Origin: Octopus sinensis
Lineage: Eukaryota
Length of the DNA stretch: 64,000 nucleotides
Assembly: GCF_006345805.1 (NCBI RefSeq)
Contig: NC_043021.1
Span: 744,001-808,000, forward strand
Reading direction: 5' to 3'
In this document: positions 50,403 through 64,000 of the stretch, piece by piece
How the letters are laid out: every line of letters starts with the position of its first letter
How positions within the stretch are numbered: position 1 is the stretch's first letter
The notes under the pieces: model-generated
What the model was told of the DNA's origin: nothing
Databases searched by the model: none
What the model saw: only the letters and a program-made list of their open reading frames with translations
Made by a program: the position numbers and the translations under genes

Positions 50403-50779
50403 TAAAATACACTTGATTTAACCGCACAATAAAGAAGTAGCAAGAATTTGGTGCATTTTGTTAGTTTTGTTTCTGTTTGTGGCCAAGAAAATGAGGACAA
50501 TCTGACTGGTTTCAGTGTATTTTACTAATTCTTTAAACATCGCCCCCCCCACCTCGTATTTCTTTGCTTATAGTTATACATTATACATACAAACGAGTGA
50601 AAAAGACAGAGGGAGGGATAGAGAGAGAGAGAGAGAGAGTAATTCCATATATACATTGGCTAAAGAAAAAAACATACAATTTAATACAAGTAAATTGCAA
50701 ACCCTCAGCTATGAGCCAACATGCCGCAACAAAGCCAATCCCGAAGTCAAGTACAATGCGTGAACGATGCTTCGGTTCA

Positions 50780-51340
50780 TAAACATATCACCAAGATGGT
50801 AGTAGCGTCCAAGCAAATGGCCAGATGAATCCTGAGAACCTTCAGAAGAAGGAAGCAGGTGCTATGGAGGACAGTTGTCCTCAGCCATCTGGACTACTGC
50901 TTCCAAATGTGATCTTCCCACGGCGTCAAGTTAACAGCGGGTCTTGAGGCTGCTCAGGAGTGGTACACCTGGAAAGATTGCATCAATGGAACAACTGAGC
51001 TAATGGGATTGGCTGAATGTGTTACGACTCTACTCTCTGTCGCGAAGACAGGAGAGATATGCAGTGATATACATATGAAAGATCTTAGAAGGTTTGGCAT
51101 CGAACTTTGATATCGAAAGTTATACAAGCCTCCGAAATGGACGTCACTGCATTGTTCCAAAGGTTCCACTCATCCCGTACAGTGTGAGGACCAGGTACTG
51201 CCGTAATCTGGGATTCAAAGGCCTATAGCTATTCAAAATTTTGCCAAAACATTTGAGAGATCTACATGGAGTAGGGGTAGCTGTTTTCAAGAAACAATTT
51301 GATCTTCTGTTGTTCAAGGTCCCAGACGAATCTGCATCAC
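50780..51340 (+). mobile_element. CR1/L2-type LINE ORF2 C-terminal remnant
   Basis: ILRTFRRR, VLSHLDYC, LRLYSLSRRQERYAVIYI, KILEGLASNF and NGRHCIVPKVP. Confidence 0.75.
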
Positions 51341-52139
51341 GGCAAAAGAATCTCAGAACCAGGAAGCAATAATGGACCTCCCTCCTTCACCAAAAGCCAT
51401 TTACAAAAGAATGGCCATTTAAAGGTGACAACGCTGGCATCGCCCCCATTATAGCCACAGCCTTTGCGCTAAAACGCATACACATACACATATGTATATA
51501 TACATCATAACAATTCCCAGATCACACACTGTACATGTGTGTGTGTGTTGTGTGTGTGTGTGTGTGGTGTGTGTGTGTGTGCGTTTCGTGACGCACGTTG
51601 CAAGAATTTACGACTCGAATCAAATGTAGCAGACCACTCGAAATCGTCGCCAGAGTATCCGTGTAAGTGCAGGGTGGACCATTTCGTTTGTACTGACATC
51701 GAGTCGTATAAGTTGTAATAAAGAGGTCAAAGCCAATCGTAACATTTGGAAATCATTTAATACTTTTCATGTTTATGCAGTATATAATATGAGATGCATC
51801 CGTTACGTAAGACCTTCCTCGGTTAAATACTTAAACTGAGGAAGATTTTGTACAATGGATGTATTTCCTATTATACGTTACACAAACCCGTCAAATATTA
51901 AACGATTTCAAATTATCACTATTTAGTTTGACTTCATTATTACGACTTGTGTGTGTGTGTGTGTGTGTGGTGTGTGTGTGTGTGTGTGTGTGTACGCATA
52001 TACATGCACATAAAAGCCACGCAGCCACTCAGCTAGTTTTCCAGAGTGACCCTGGTATCGTTAAAAAAAACAAGGGAGTGAGGGTGGCATAACTTTTTCA
52101 AAGATAATCTTCAGAAGTCGCAATCCCTGGGGTTCTCCC

Positions 52140-52735
52140 CGGGGAGACATTAAGTCTGAGTAGAGTTCCTCAGGGAACCGTGCTGGGAAGGCTGCTCTTC
52201 TTAATAGCTTTCGCAGACATGCCTTCAGTCATGCTTTTGCTTCGCTAGTTCTTCTTCTGATACAAAGTAATCAAAGACCCTGACGATAAAGACAATACTA
52301 CAGAAAGATTTGAACGCAATATGCAAGCGGTCTGAAGAAACGAACATCCAGTTGAACGCTAACAATCTTCAAGCACTTCAGTATCGAGACACAAACAGAT
52401 TGCAATCAGGACATACAGGATGAGCGAGCAGTGCAATCCTGGAGTCAGAGGTGGTGTATGATCTGGAAATCCATATGAGTGGTGATGCATTATTCCGTGC
52501 ACACATAACTAAGATGGCATCAAAGTGCAGTCGACTGACCTGTTGGATTTTGGGGTTAATCAGAAAACAACAAAAGGCAACTGTGTTGCTTGTATGGAAA
52601 ATATTCGTGCTCATTCGCCTGGATTATTGTCCCTAATTATGGTCGCCACAAGGTGTCAAATTAACAGCAGAACTCGAGGCAATTCTACGCCATAATACCT
52701 AGAAGGTGCCTCAACGCAGCAAATGAACTACAGGT
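52140..52735 (+). mobile_element. CR1/L2-type LINE RT remnant
   Basis: VPQGTVLGRLLFLIAFADMP, VYDLEIHMSGDALFRAHI and WILGLIRK..VWKIFVLIRLDYC. Confidence 0.75.
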
Positions 52736-53947
52736 ATATTACCTGCACATCTCTCTATGTGTTCACCCAAAGAATTTGTTTGTACAGTGGGAAACGTGTC
52801 AATTCCTTTTGTAGCATGGTTCTCCGGCTAAGTGCCATACTTGTCTGTCCTATATAGTTATGTCCACAACCTGAAGAAGTTATAGCATAAATTAGATTCT
52901 TAGAAACACAGGTGAAGTTGGTCTTTATTGTGAACCTCTCCTCTTGTTTGAATAGGAATTCCTAGCCTTCCAACAGGTTGGGGAATGCTCCAACGGGTTG
53001 GAACATTTTCCACAGTTAAAAAATGTGGACGCCCAAGAAATAAAAAGAAGGGCAACACTGTCGAATCAGTACTCCACCAGGGCCGAGTCTGGAGGTAAAA
53101 GTTGGACGCCAGTTTAAAATGAAGAAGCATTAGCGCCAATGGCGGTGCCCCGGTATGGCCACAGCCTCCGGCAGACACCCATAGTGGAATAATAGAATAT
53201 GTATACAAACCTCTGTGTGTGTGTTTGTGTGTGTGTGTGTATTAGACCATTTGTGTTATTTCTTTACCAAATTACGGAATCCTGTCTTTGGTCTCTCCAC
53301 AATGTTCAGCTATATCTATGACGTCATGAGCACTCTTGGAGAAGCGAGAGAATAATATAGGCATCATAGCCTTAACAATGGTCGATCTTTATAAAGATGG
53401 CAGTGGTGAGTGGTGGTGGCGGTGGTGGTTCTAATGATGATGATGGCGATGACGATGGTCTGAGGCTATTATTGTGCTTGTGATTTCTTTCATACACACA
53501 CAACATTACATACATGTAGGCCCATACAAACCAAGTACATGCACAAATATATATATATATATATACACGCACACACAAATATACATTCATACATAAATAC
53601 ATATAATATATATACACGTACAGACTTATAGATGCATAAACGTATACAAAAAGCGCGCGCGCATCCTGGGGTAGTTGGCCAAGACAAAATACAGACATTG
53701 TTTAGAAGTTATATAATTGTTGTTCTGCAGAACTCAGCTGTTTTATTAAAATACACAAACAATATTGTACAGTGGCAATATTGTGAGGCTATATACATAC
53801 ATACATACATACATACATACATACATGCATATGTATATATGTATATATATATATATATATATGATGTGTCTGTATGTGTATATATATATTTATATATAGT
53901 ACTGTCTGGTAATACAGTAACAATATTGTCCATGTGTAAATATATAC

Positions 53948-53978
<31 letters not shown>

Positions 53979-54264
53979 GTGTGTGTGTGTGTGTGGTGTG
54001 TGTGTGTATGTATGTTTGTATGTATGTATAAATATATACACGCGCACTCACATAATGTTGCTATTCTACTTACACTTTATATACAGACACATGCACACAC
54101 ACACACACCACCACCACCACCACGACGGCACACACACACACACACACACATACACCACTGTTGTTACTGCATATTAATAAAGAAGTGAAAGTAACCGAAT
54201 TCTTCAAAGTGAACATAGAGTGTATGTACTCCAGTGCAAAAGAGGCCACGTGCTTCCGGCCACC

Positions 54265-54300
54265 ATGTCTAAGGATCCGCCAAGAAACCGATGGTAACAT
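54265..54300 (+). ncRNA. Degenerate minimal hammerhead-like motif
   Basis: AUGU-CUAAGGA-UCCGCCAA-GAAAC-CGAUG-GUA-ACAU: stem I AUGU/ACAU, GAAAC, stem III ACC/GGU, GUA triplet; G5 mutated and stem II weak. Confidence 0.4.
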
Positions 54301-54501
54301 TCCGACCCCTTATAAACCGTAACCCGTAATGTATCGTTTGGCGATATAAAAATAAGCGAAGAGAAAATATCGGACATACATCTGTAATACATATGTATAG
54401 TTGTATGTGTGTATATATTGACAGAGAGATCGATAGATAGACAATTAGGCAGGCAGGTAGGCAGGGAGAGACACAGGTAGACAGACTGTAAAACAGACAG
54501 G

Positions 54502-54572
<71 letters not shown>

Positions 54573-55029
54573 TGACGGAGGGACGGGTAGGTAGGTAGGT
54601 AGGTAGATAGATGTAACTAAACACATATTCGTATATACACAATTCGCACTTGTTTAAGAATACGGTGTACATATTGTGTACATATTCCTAACTCAGAGAA
54701 GGCGTCAAGGTAGACAATGCCAGGCAGAGGTATCATCATCTCTGTGCAATCAACAGAAGAAACTGTTACAGTTTCAGAGCAATTCTGTCATCGGAGCATT
54801 TGGTGACTGACTCCTTCGCTGTTCTCTGATCCCAACATATTTAATACCTGTGACCCTTAATTCAATGAATTCCTGCAGCAATAAGGGGCACTGTCCTATA
54901 CTAGGGAAGTGCAGAGAGTGGCATCGTTCTGATGGTGAACCAAAGCATCTGTTTCTATGTAATCCATCGAAGTTGCAGGGGGGTGGGGGTGTTACGGATC
55001 AAATAATGGCTGGCGATGAGCACCCGGCC

Positions 55030-55065
<36 letters not shown>

Positions 55066-55306
55066 ACAGAAGTAACCTACATACACACACACGTATATGC
55101 ATAGCTTACACTCATATACATACACACACTCACATATAAATGCAGCCAATACTCGTTCACACACAAACACAAACAATAACACAAACAGACTACACACAAA
55201 CACACACACACACATATGCACATGCAGACATACGCATGCAAGCATACGCGTGCGCACACACATACATATACACACACACACGCATATATATATATATATA
55301 TATATA

Positions 55307-55967
<661 letters not shown>

Positions 55968-56866
55968 TTCTGTGTCGGGGTCACTTTCATTAATCGTTTT
56001 GTTGCCAAACGAAATAACTTAATTATAAACAGGTCACTGACCCCTTATTCAGTCATATATTAAATTAAAAAGAGGGAACAAACTTCATTTAATCAATATG
56101 TAGTGGTCCTAATTATTTCCATTGTTTTTAACATTAGAAATAAATATAATTGAGTTAATTAAACATGGTAATTAAGTTGATGATAAATTAGGTGTTAATT
56201 AACAATATTTGCAATATTATTTAGTCGAGCAGTGATATTTAATAAGCAGAACACTCTGCGTTGTCTCCCTTGTTTGCTGAGCACCCCCACCCCTCATCAA
56301 TGATAAATAACCCCCGGTGTTTGCCATAACCTCCACCAGCAAACTCTTGTTGTTGTTGTTGCTGCTGCTGCTGCTGCTGTTGTTGTTGTTAAGCAACAAG
56401 ACGGGTAAGGGTGATTAGGTGATGGTCTGGGGCTTAGGGGTGGGAGACCCCAGACCTTGGAAAAAAAAAACTTTGGTCGTCTTGTTGTAGTCGAGGGCTC
56501 TTCGTTGACGCCCGACACCACTGGGAGGAGGTGGCCCTCGAAGTCGCTGGAAATGGAGATCTCCAGGTCCAAATTCTTGAACGGCTGCTGCTGCTGCTGC
56601 TGCTGTTGTTATTATTGTTGTAGTTGTCAGTATGCCGGGGAAAATGCTTAGCGACATTTCGTCCGTCCTTAACTTCAGAGTTCAAATTCCGCTGAGGTCG
56701 ACTTTGCCTTTCATCATTTCTGGGGCGATAAAATAAGTACCAGTTGACTACTTAACCCCGACCCCAAAGTTTCTGGCCTTGTGCCAAAATTTGAAACCAT
56801 GGAAGTGAGCAGATTATTTGCTGTAGCCCATCTTTTATACCAAGACAAAACAATGTACATGACAAC

Positions 56867-57555
56867 CAGTGGCGGATCGTGTATAGGCACTGCGGTACTG
56901 CCGCTCCCCCTATTTCCACTCAATATTATCGATAACATTCAATATAATGAGTCCTTTTTCGTTAATTCTTTCTATATACTTGTACATTATATAATTCTTA
57001 AGCTTAATGTCAATAGCCATCCCCTAGTTTATGAAAACAATACAAAAATCCTTGTATAGAACTGTGCACTTCACAGTTCCAGCGACGCGGTCTTTGTTTG
57101 TTGTGCGCATGCTCACATGTCCGAGATAGGAAGCTGCACGCTAGGGAGAGAGAGCACTGTCATTCATGCAGTGCGATCCTGATGAAAGATAGTGTTTCTT
57201 TTTGACTTTGCATGTGTTGTGCTTAAAAACGTATTTTTATTCTTGAATGTGATAAAGTGCAGAATTAGATTATTATCCTGCTTCCAGCTTCGGTGCTACT
57301 GCCAGGATTTGAAAAATTGGGCAGATTTTCCCCCTTATTTTGTAATTTAGAGGAGATTTTTGAAAAACAAGGGGGAATTTGCGGCGGTGTTCAGTGAACG
57401 AGTTAAACACACTACCCGGCAGAGGCTAAAGCTCGAACCGATCAAGTTTCTGTATAAATTTTCTTTTGTTTGTTTCCTTTTGCACAATATTTAAACAACG
57501 GCTAAAGATTTTCTGAAGCATCACCGCCACTAATTTTAACTACGAGCCGCCACTG
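56867..57555. mobile_element. Non-autonomous hAT element (689 bp)
   Basis: TIR CAGTGGCGGATCGT / ACGAGCCGCCACTG and 8-bp TSD ATGACAAC / ATGATAAC. Confidence 0.85.
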
Positions 57556-57654
57556 ATGATAACACTTCCGATCAGCTAACATGAGAAGCCAATAAAGCCA
57601 CTGCCTGGTACTGCATCAGGGCATTTATTATTATTATTATTATTATTATTATCA

Positions 57655-57693
<39 letters not shown>

Positions 57694-57694
57694 C

Positions 57695-57905
57695 GTGGCA
57701 GAATCATTAGCGTTCTGGACGAAGTGCTTTGCGGTATTTCGCCCGTCGCTACGTTCTGAGTTCAAATTCCACCGAGATCGATTTTGCCTTTCATCCTTTC
57801 GGGGTCGATAAAATAACTACCAGTTGGACACTGGGGTCGATGTAATCAACTCATCCCCTCCCCACAAATTGCCGCCCTTGTGGCAAAATTTGAAACTATT
57901 ATTAT
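57695..57905 (+). mobile_element. SINE family A copy in (ATT)n
   Basis: GGCAGAATCATTAGC..GAGTTCAAATTCC..GCCTTTCATCCTTTCGGGGTCGATAAA..CCTTGTGGCAAAATTTGAAACTATT. Confidence 0.85.
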
Positions 57906-58162
57906 TATTGCTGTTGTTGTGGTTGTTGTTATACTAAAGTAGTGATATAGTTAGTGACACTGTCCAATGAGGATGTTTTAATTTATCCAATAGGTCATTG
58001 ACACGTGACCATTGCCTGTGATGTCATAAACAGGGGACATGCAACAAGTCATGCGGCAATAGGGATTCTTTGGGATCTGAAGATCCTCTAACAATAATCA
58101 GGGCGTGGATTCCATGTAAAATGCTTTTCTTAAATAGTACTTAGAACTACACATCGAATAAT

Positions 58163-58393
58163 CATTTCTGTATTGCCCACAGGGGGCTAAACATAGAGGG
58201 GACAAACAAGGACAGACAAACGGATTAAGTCGATTACATCGACTCCAGTGCGTAACTGGTACTTATTTAATCGACCCCGAAAGGATGAAAGGCAAAGTCG
58301 ACCTCGGCGGAATTTGAACTCAGAATGTAACGGCAGACGAAATACCGCAAAGCATTTCGCCCGGCGTGCTAACGATTCTGCCAGCTCGCCGCC
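58163..58393 (-). mobile_element. Full-length SINE family A copy with Tx1-type tail and 15-bp TSD
   Basis: Head GGCGGCGAGCTGGCAGAATCGTTAGC, tail TTGTCCCCTCTATGTTTAGCCCCCTGTGGGCAATACAGAAA; flanks TACACATCGAATAAT (58148-58162) and TACACATTGAGTAAT (58394-58408). Confidence 0.9.
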
Positions 58394-58702
58394 TACACAT
58401 TGAGTAATGTACTCTTAGATAAACGATTCTTGAAAACAAAACGGTATGGTCACGGTTGGAAAGCCTTTAATTATAAACGTGGGGGATCAGGGCTGAGCTG
58501 AGGCAAAGCAACAGCCACAGCCTTTACCTAATCCTCACTGCCCCTAATTCCCCTCTTATCCGAGGTGACCCTTAAGTCGTTCATTGAGATTTTGGTCGAC
58601 GGAAGTTTCACCTACATTTGAATTAGATCAGTATTAACAGAGATGGGCGCTGCCCCGCCTTCTCTTAATAGATTACAACAAGAGTACTCAGATACTGCTA
58701 AA

Positions 58703-58736
<34 letters not shown>

Positions 58737-59047
58737 TTGCAACCACTAACAATAGCACTACTACCACCATACACTCCTGCTGCTGCTACTACTACTACTG
58801 CTACTAAGCTACTTAACATTCTGAGTTATTTAAGTAACAAACCTCACCACTACCTCCCCCTCATTACCACCACCACCACCACCACACATACTACCATCAT
58901 CGTAACAATTACCTCCTCCCGCTCCCATATCCTGGTGGTAACACGTCTCTTTACAGCCTCTCTATTTTCATTACTCTCTACCTTGGCTTGTAACGATGAC
59001 GATGAAGATGATGATGATTATTATTATTATGATGATGATGATGGTGC

Positions 59048-59760
59048 TACTCATTTACGTGAATCACCGCCAGAGATACTCAGCTGAAACGTCTTGATAC
59101 TCCAAAGTACTCCCCGCTCCCCTCAATGTATACTCATGCCGTTCACTGCTCCTCAGTAACAGATCAAGACTGGTTTATAACTCTTTGACTGTCACCGATA
59201 CTCTTGACGGTTCCCAACAGATATGCTGCAGATATACTCTCAAACGAGTACTGGCTGACTGGTACCATAGATGATGCATACTCGTTGACTGACCACAATA
59301 CTCCGAGTGTCCATACATTAGATGCTCACCAGGGATACCTTGAAGATGGTACAAGCCGAAGATGCCCATTCACAACAGACAATCCACATCTATGGAGTGC
59401 ATCAAACAGGCATAGCACACATCTAACTCGCAGGAGTACTCAAAGACAGAATTCATTCATCCTCAGTAATATACAATAGGAGAACAAACTGTAAGTAACT
59501 TGCACTCGTTGGAATTTATATTCTTCAGTGTTTGTAGAGAGAAAATACTCTTAAGGAGTTACCAGAGGGACCATACCTGTTGGTACTCTCAGTCGCTCCT
59601 CAAGATGTTTTGGTGACTGTAGTAAAATATACATCGTTTATACTCATCGATATTTACTGATGTTTTAGGGAGTAAATGTTGTTCACGATACTCTTTGGGA
59701 TAAACACAGTGGAGTAACTAATATTAACTCCTTACTTTAAAGGAGTTTCAAAGATACTCG
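59048..59760. other. Non-tandem cluster of TACTC/GAGTA motifs
   Basis: About 19 exact occurrences counted by eye in ~710 bp (15 on +, 4 on -). Confidence 0.75.
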
Positions 59761-61167
59761 GTGATACTGTAATTGACAGCTGATATCCATAAACTCACTG
59801 ATAATGGCTACGAAATATTCCAATAATCCCAACCGGATATCATTCTCTAACCATTAAATATGGCCACCAAAATTTACTTCCGGCTGCTTAACATTATTTT
59901 GTGTGGAGGAGGAAGTGCTCGATGCCAAGCTAAATACTTTGTGATATTTAATTTTATTCCACTACATTCCGAGTTCAAATCCCTTATGAGCAACCTTTAC
60001 TTTACTTCCTCCTCAACACTCGATAATATTAAGTACCAGTAATAAACTGAGGTCATTCGGTGGATCACTCTTCCTCTTCTTTTTCGCCTTTCCTCTCTTA
60101 TAATTTATAAGTGTGTAACAATGTAAAACCGCTCTATCGATTTTGTAGGTGGGCAGTCAGTCAATAAATTGTTGTTGTGACCCCAGCACAACCCTGATCG
60201 CGTTGTCTTATGATGAAAGAGAGTCCAACCGTGGCTATCCTATATTTTCTTGTTGTTTATCTCGGACCATTTTTTTTAGTTTTCTCTTAAGTTGGGCGGT
60301 TTGTTTTTTGAGCGAGATTTGACTGCTTTTTCTAGTAACCGTGTAGAGACGTTGGTTGGCCCATGATTCTCACGAGATTTTAGACTTACGTGAGTCACGT
60401 GACAAACTCAGACTGTATGCGTAACTGGGTGAACGCCTCGTCATTTTCAAGACACGGAGACAATTTCACATTTTCCCGATTGAACGGAACACCGCGCGTT
60501 AACCGGTATTTATGAGGGAAGCCTCCCCGTTAGATTCGGACTGACCCCGGCGTAGAAGAAAGAAAACTGGGTCCTTCACCCACTCCCATCCCTCTCTATT
60601 CCATTCATGTTATGGTTCTCTAGCCCCACGTCAACCCTAATTTAGCAGAGCTATGATTAAAGACGTTCTGTTCATGACCATCCCATTCTAAATTCAGGAA
60701 TAGTATATCTATGACTATATTATCCTATGTATCCTTCTCTTTCTTAAGGCTGTACAGTGTGACTTATGGAGGGCTGGCTGCTATTTCTAGGAAGGTTACA
60801 GACTAGCTCGGTCACTAGTCATGTTTATCACGACATCGACCAACAACCACAACGACCTCTTCTGTCTTGGAAGGAGTGAAAAGGTCACGGAACCCTCCTC
60901 CTCTGCTTAATTAAAAGCACATACGTAATTAGTAATTAGTCTAACGTGATGAGAATTCTACCGAACCATTTGTATTATTTACTTCTCAACAACATTTAAT
61001 CCGTTGACAACGGAAATAAATTATTTCAATCCACCCACTGAGAATCGAACCTCGCACTAACAGTTTTAGTTTGGTGAATAATTTACTGCAGTTTTCGTGT
61101 CGATATTTACTATCAAAATGCTGTTTACGCACGTGCAGTCACCCACGTGTGTGTGTGTGTGTGTGTG

Positions 61168-61198
<31 letters not shown>

Positions 61199-62090
61199 CG
61201 TGCGTGTGTGTGTGTGTGTGGTGTGTGTGTGCGTGTGTGCGTGTGCGTATTTGTGTGTGTTTGTGTGTATGTATGTTTGTGTGTTTGTGTGTGTGTGTGT
61301 GTGTATGTATGTTTTTGTGTTTGTGTGTGACCTGAATATGACTTTAAACCACATCTGGAGGTGAGGCCCTCGCGGGAGAGGGTTCCAGGTTTGTGAGGAG
61401 TGTGGAACCTCTTCTGAGCCATTATTGTTCCCAGGTTTAATCTGACTCAGAGTAGTAACACCTGCCAGGATCCCAGCCATGGGTTAATTAGCATATCAAG
61501 GAATTGCCCTAGGAAGAGGGTCGCCCAGAGACACCCCAACGGACACAGGGTAGATAAGGCCCTCCGGCTCTTTAGCTGCTCACCAAAGAGAAGATAACTC
61601 CATACAAATCCTGCATCCTGATAACTGTTGGGATTGTAACATTTGTTGCATCAGACGAGAGAGAGTGGGACTGGCCCCGCACAAACCATGACCCCCGATA
61701 GAAATAATGATAAATCTCCGCTGGCTTGTGGGGAAATTTACTGAGTATTTGGAAAAGGCTAAGAAAGAAGAGAGAATAAACCTCTACAGAAAATCCTGAG
61801 AAATTCAGGAAACGAGATAAAAACTACACACAAATATGCAAATTCATTTATATATGCACACACACGCACTTTGTGTGTGTGTGAGCATACATGTACGTAG
61901 ATACATATGTGGATAAGAACACAGACACCTGTATGCATGCACACATATACGAAAATGTGTATGGACATACATACATGCATATATACGTATACTGTATACG
62001 AATATAGACAAGTAAAAATCTAAACATACATACACATATACACATATAGATTTGTGTGTATGAACACACACACACTTTTTCTTTATAATG

Positions 62091-62127
<37 letters not shown>

Positions 62128-62891
62128 ACACACACACTCTCTTCCTTATTATTCTATTTCCCATCCGGAATAATTAAATCTATTTATGTACATCTGAACA
62201 TATACACTCCTTATGTATCTAAATATATATACCCCTTATATACACCCTAACTCATCCCTACACCTTTATACAACCGTAGTCATGGTAACCCTTACTCTGG
62301 TTACTCTGGTTGGGGTCTCTTATGTAATATCTGTCCGACAATACCTAAAATAAACTCCTTAAATCTCACCTAAGCGACCCCTTCCCCTTTGTCCATCTGT
62401 AATTATGCTAACCCTTGCTTCATGTAGAAGGGGTCACCTATTTATGTAACAGTTGTGTAAAATAGCTGTTAAAATAAATCCCTGGTCAGTCACCTAACTG
62501 ACCCCAAGACCCCTTTGGGTCTGTAATTATACCCTTTCCTTCTTCCCACCACCCGCCAAGGTAGGGCTATGGCTATTTAGGCCCTGTTCACAGACATTAT
62601 TGCTGTAATGGGGGGGGGTATTAATTAGATGTTTCTATATCGAGACGCTTGTTAGACACTTCCTGTTTCAGGTAGTTACGACTGTACACACACGCACGCA
62701 CACACACACACTCACACACACACACACACGTATATATATATATATACATGTGCAGGTGTGTATATAATCTGTGGTACATATGTATATATATAAATGTATA
62801 TATGGTCAGTAGGATATATATGTATATGTACACACACACAAACGTAGTCGGTAGGATATATAGGCACATACAGGCGTGTATATAGTCTGTA

Positions 62892-62925
<34 letters not shown>

Positions 62926-63169
62926 AGCAAAATACTTTATTTCACGTGGCTCTGTTCCACTCAGCAGGCAAAAAGGAATTGTATTTGTATTTCAAGGGCC
63001 AGCCTTGTCACATTCTGTTTCACGCCGAATCTCCCTAAGAACTACGTGAAGGGTGTCTGTTTCTGTGGAGTACTCAGCCACTTGCACATTAACCTAACTC
63101 ATAGACGGTTCTATTGATCGGATCAACTGGAACACTCGTCGTCGTAACCGACGGAGGATCAGTTAATAT

Positions 63170-63830
63170 TTACAAATGTAATATTTGCATATTTGGCAGG
63201 ATACACACATGTGACCATTTTGCAAAGAACGGAATTCTTAGCGAGATTTTTCATCTTCCTCTTCATAATGTTCCGTTTTTCTCGACCATTTTCTTTGATT
63301 CGTCTCAGATCCTACCATTTAAAACCTGCCGGTTTACAATTCTTGTTGTCCCCTTTACACCGGCAGTTTTCTATTTTCCAGATCACTGAATCATAATCTT
63401 CATGAATTTTGTCAAACTGATTCTAGGTTTTCTTCCTAAATCCATCCTGCATCTGTGTCACATCGAAGACTTTTGTTCTTCTTCGAGACGTGTGGAAGAT
63501 GTTTGCATCCATTAAAGAACAGCTGGACAAGGCCCTTTGTGCCAAACTCTGTAAAAGCACCACCTTACCTTCATGGACTGCCATGAAGAAGGAAAACTGA
63601 CGATAGTAGAGAAGGCCATGCTTGGAATAGTCTTGAAGGACTATATCTGAAATGAGATCCTTTTAGAGACGGATTGACATGAACGATGCAATCATGGTCT
63701 GGTGGAAGCATAATTTGTACTCGTCCAGACATACACAAGGTTCACAGAAAGCAAGAGAACTTATGTTGTAGTTGAGTGGCATCCGAGGGATGGTGAGAGA
63801 CCGCTTAGATCACCTCCAAGACGATTGGAA
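63170..63830. mobile_element. RTE-clade LINE remnants (3' part on +, probable upstream part inverted on -)
   Basis: + strand EKAMLGIVLKDYI*NE and VVEWHPRDGERPLRSPPRRLE; - strand IHEDYDSVIWKIENCRCK. Confidence 0.55.
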
Positions 63831-63844
63831 AACTAAATATTCGT

Positions 63845-64000
63845 TTCTACTCTAGGCACAAGGCCGGAAATTTGGGGGAGGGGGCCAGTCGATTAGATCG
63901 ATTCCAGTATGTAACTGGTACTTATTTTATCGACCCCAAAAGGATGAAAGGAAAAGTCGACCTCGGCGGAATTTGAACTCAGAACGTAACGGCAGACGAA
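63845..64000 (-). mobile_element. SINE family A copy truncated by the window end
   Basis: CGACCCCAAAAGGATGAAAGGAAAAGTCGACCTCGGCGGAATTTGAACTC. Confidence 0.85.

Overview
Eukaryotic, AT-rich, repeat-saturated intergenic or intronic DNA with one 100-N assembly gap. The tRNA-derived SINE families and extreme (TA)n/(CA)n/(TATG)n/(GATA)n/(ATT)n density point to an octopus-like (coleoid cephalopod) genome; this is inference. No host protein-coding gene can be supported, and nearly all ORFs in the track are microsatellite artefacts. The recognisable coding sequence is all transposon-derived: Tx1/L1-clade, R4/Dong, CRE, CR1, RTE and Penelope-like (PLE) retroelement remnants, plus mariner, maT-like, hAT and piggyBac-type DNA elements. 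Family assignments come from protein motifs translated by eye, not from database searches. Four things stand out. (1) A ~2.7 kb ORF1-only ('half-L1'/HAL1-like) Tx1-type element at ~35.6-38.3 kb, with a ~147-bp monomer array, a nearly intact zinc-knuckle ORF1 and a 3' hairpin. Its 3' terminus is shared with a TSD-flanked SINE at 58.2 kb, and it appears nested in a second Tx1 element whose ORF2 has lost the whole RT by in-frame deletion. (2) Several hammerhead-ribozyme motifs, including two inverted pairs, one with a covarying catalytic-core change. (3) A non-tandem cluster of about 19 TACTC motifs at 59.0-59.8 kb. (4) A CpG-rich unique island with a CTCF-like site and homeodomain motifs at 16.0-16.3 kb.
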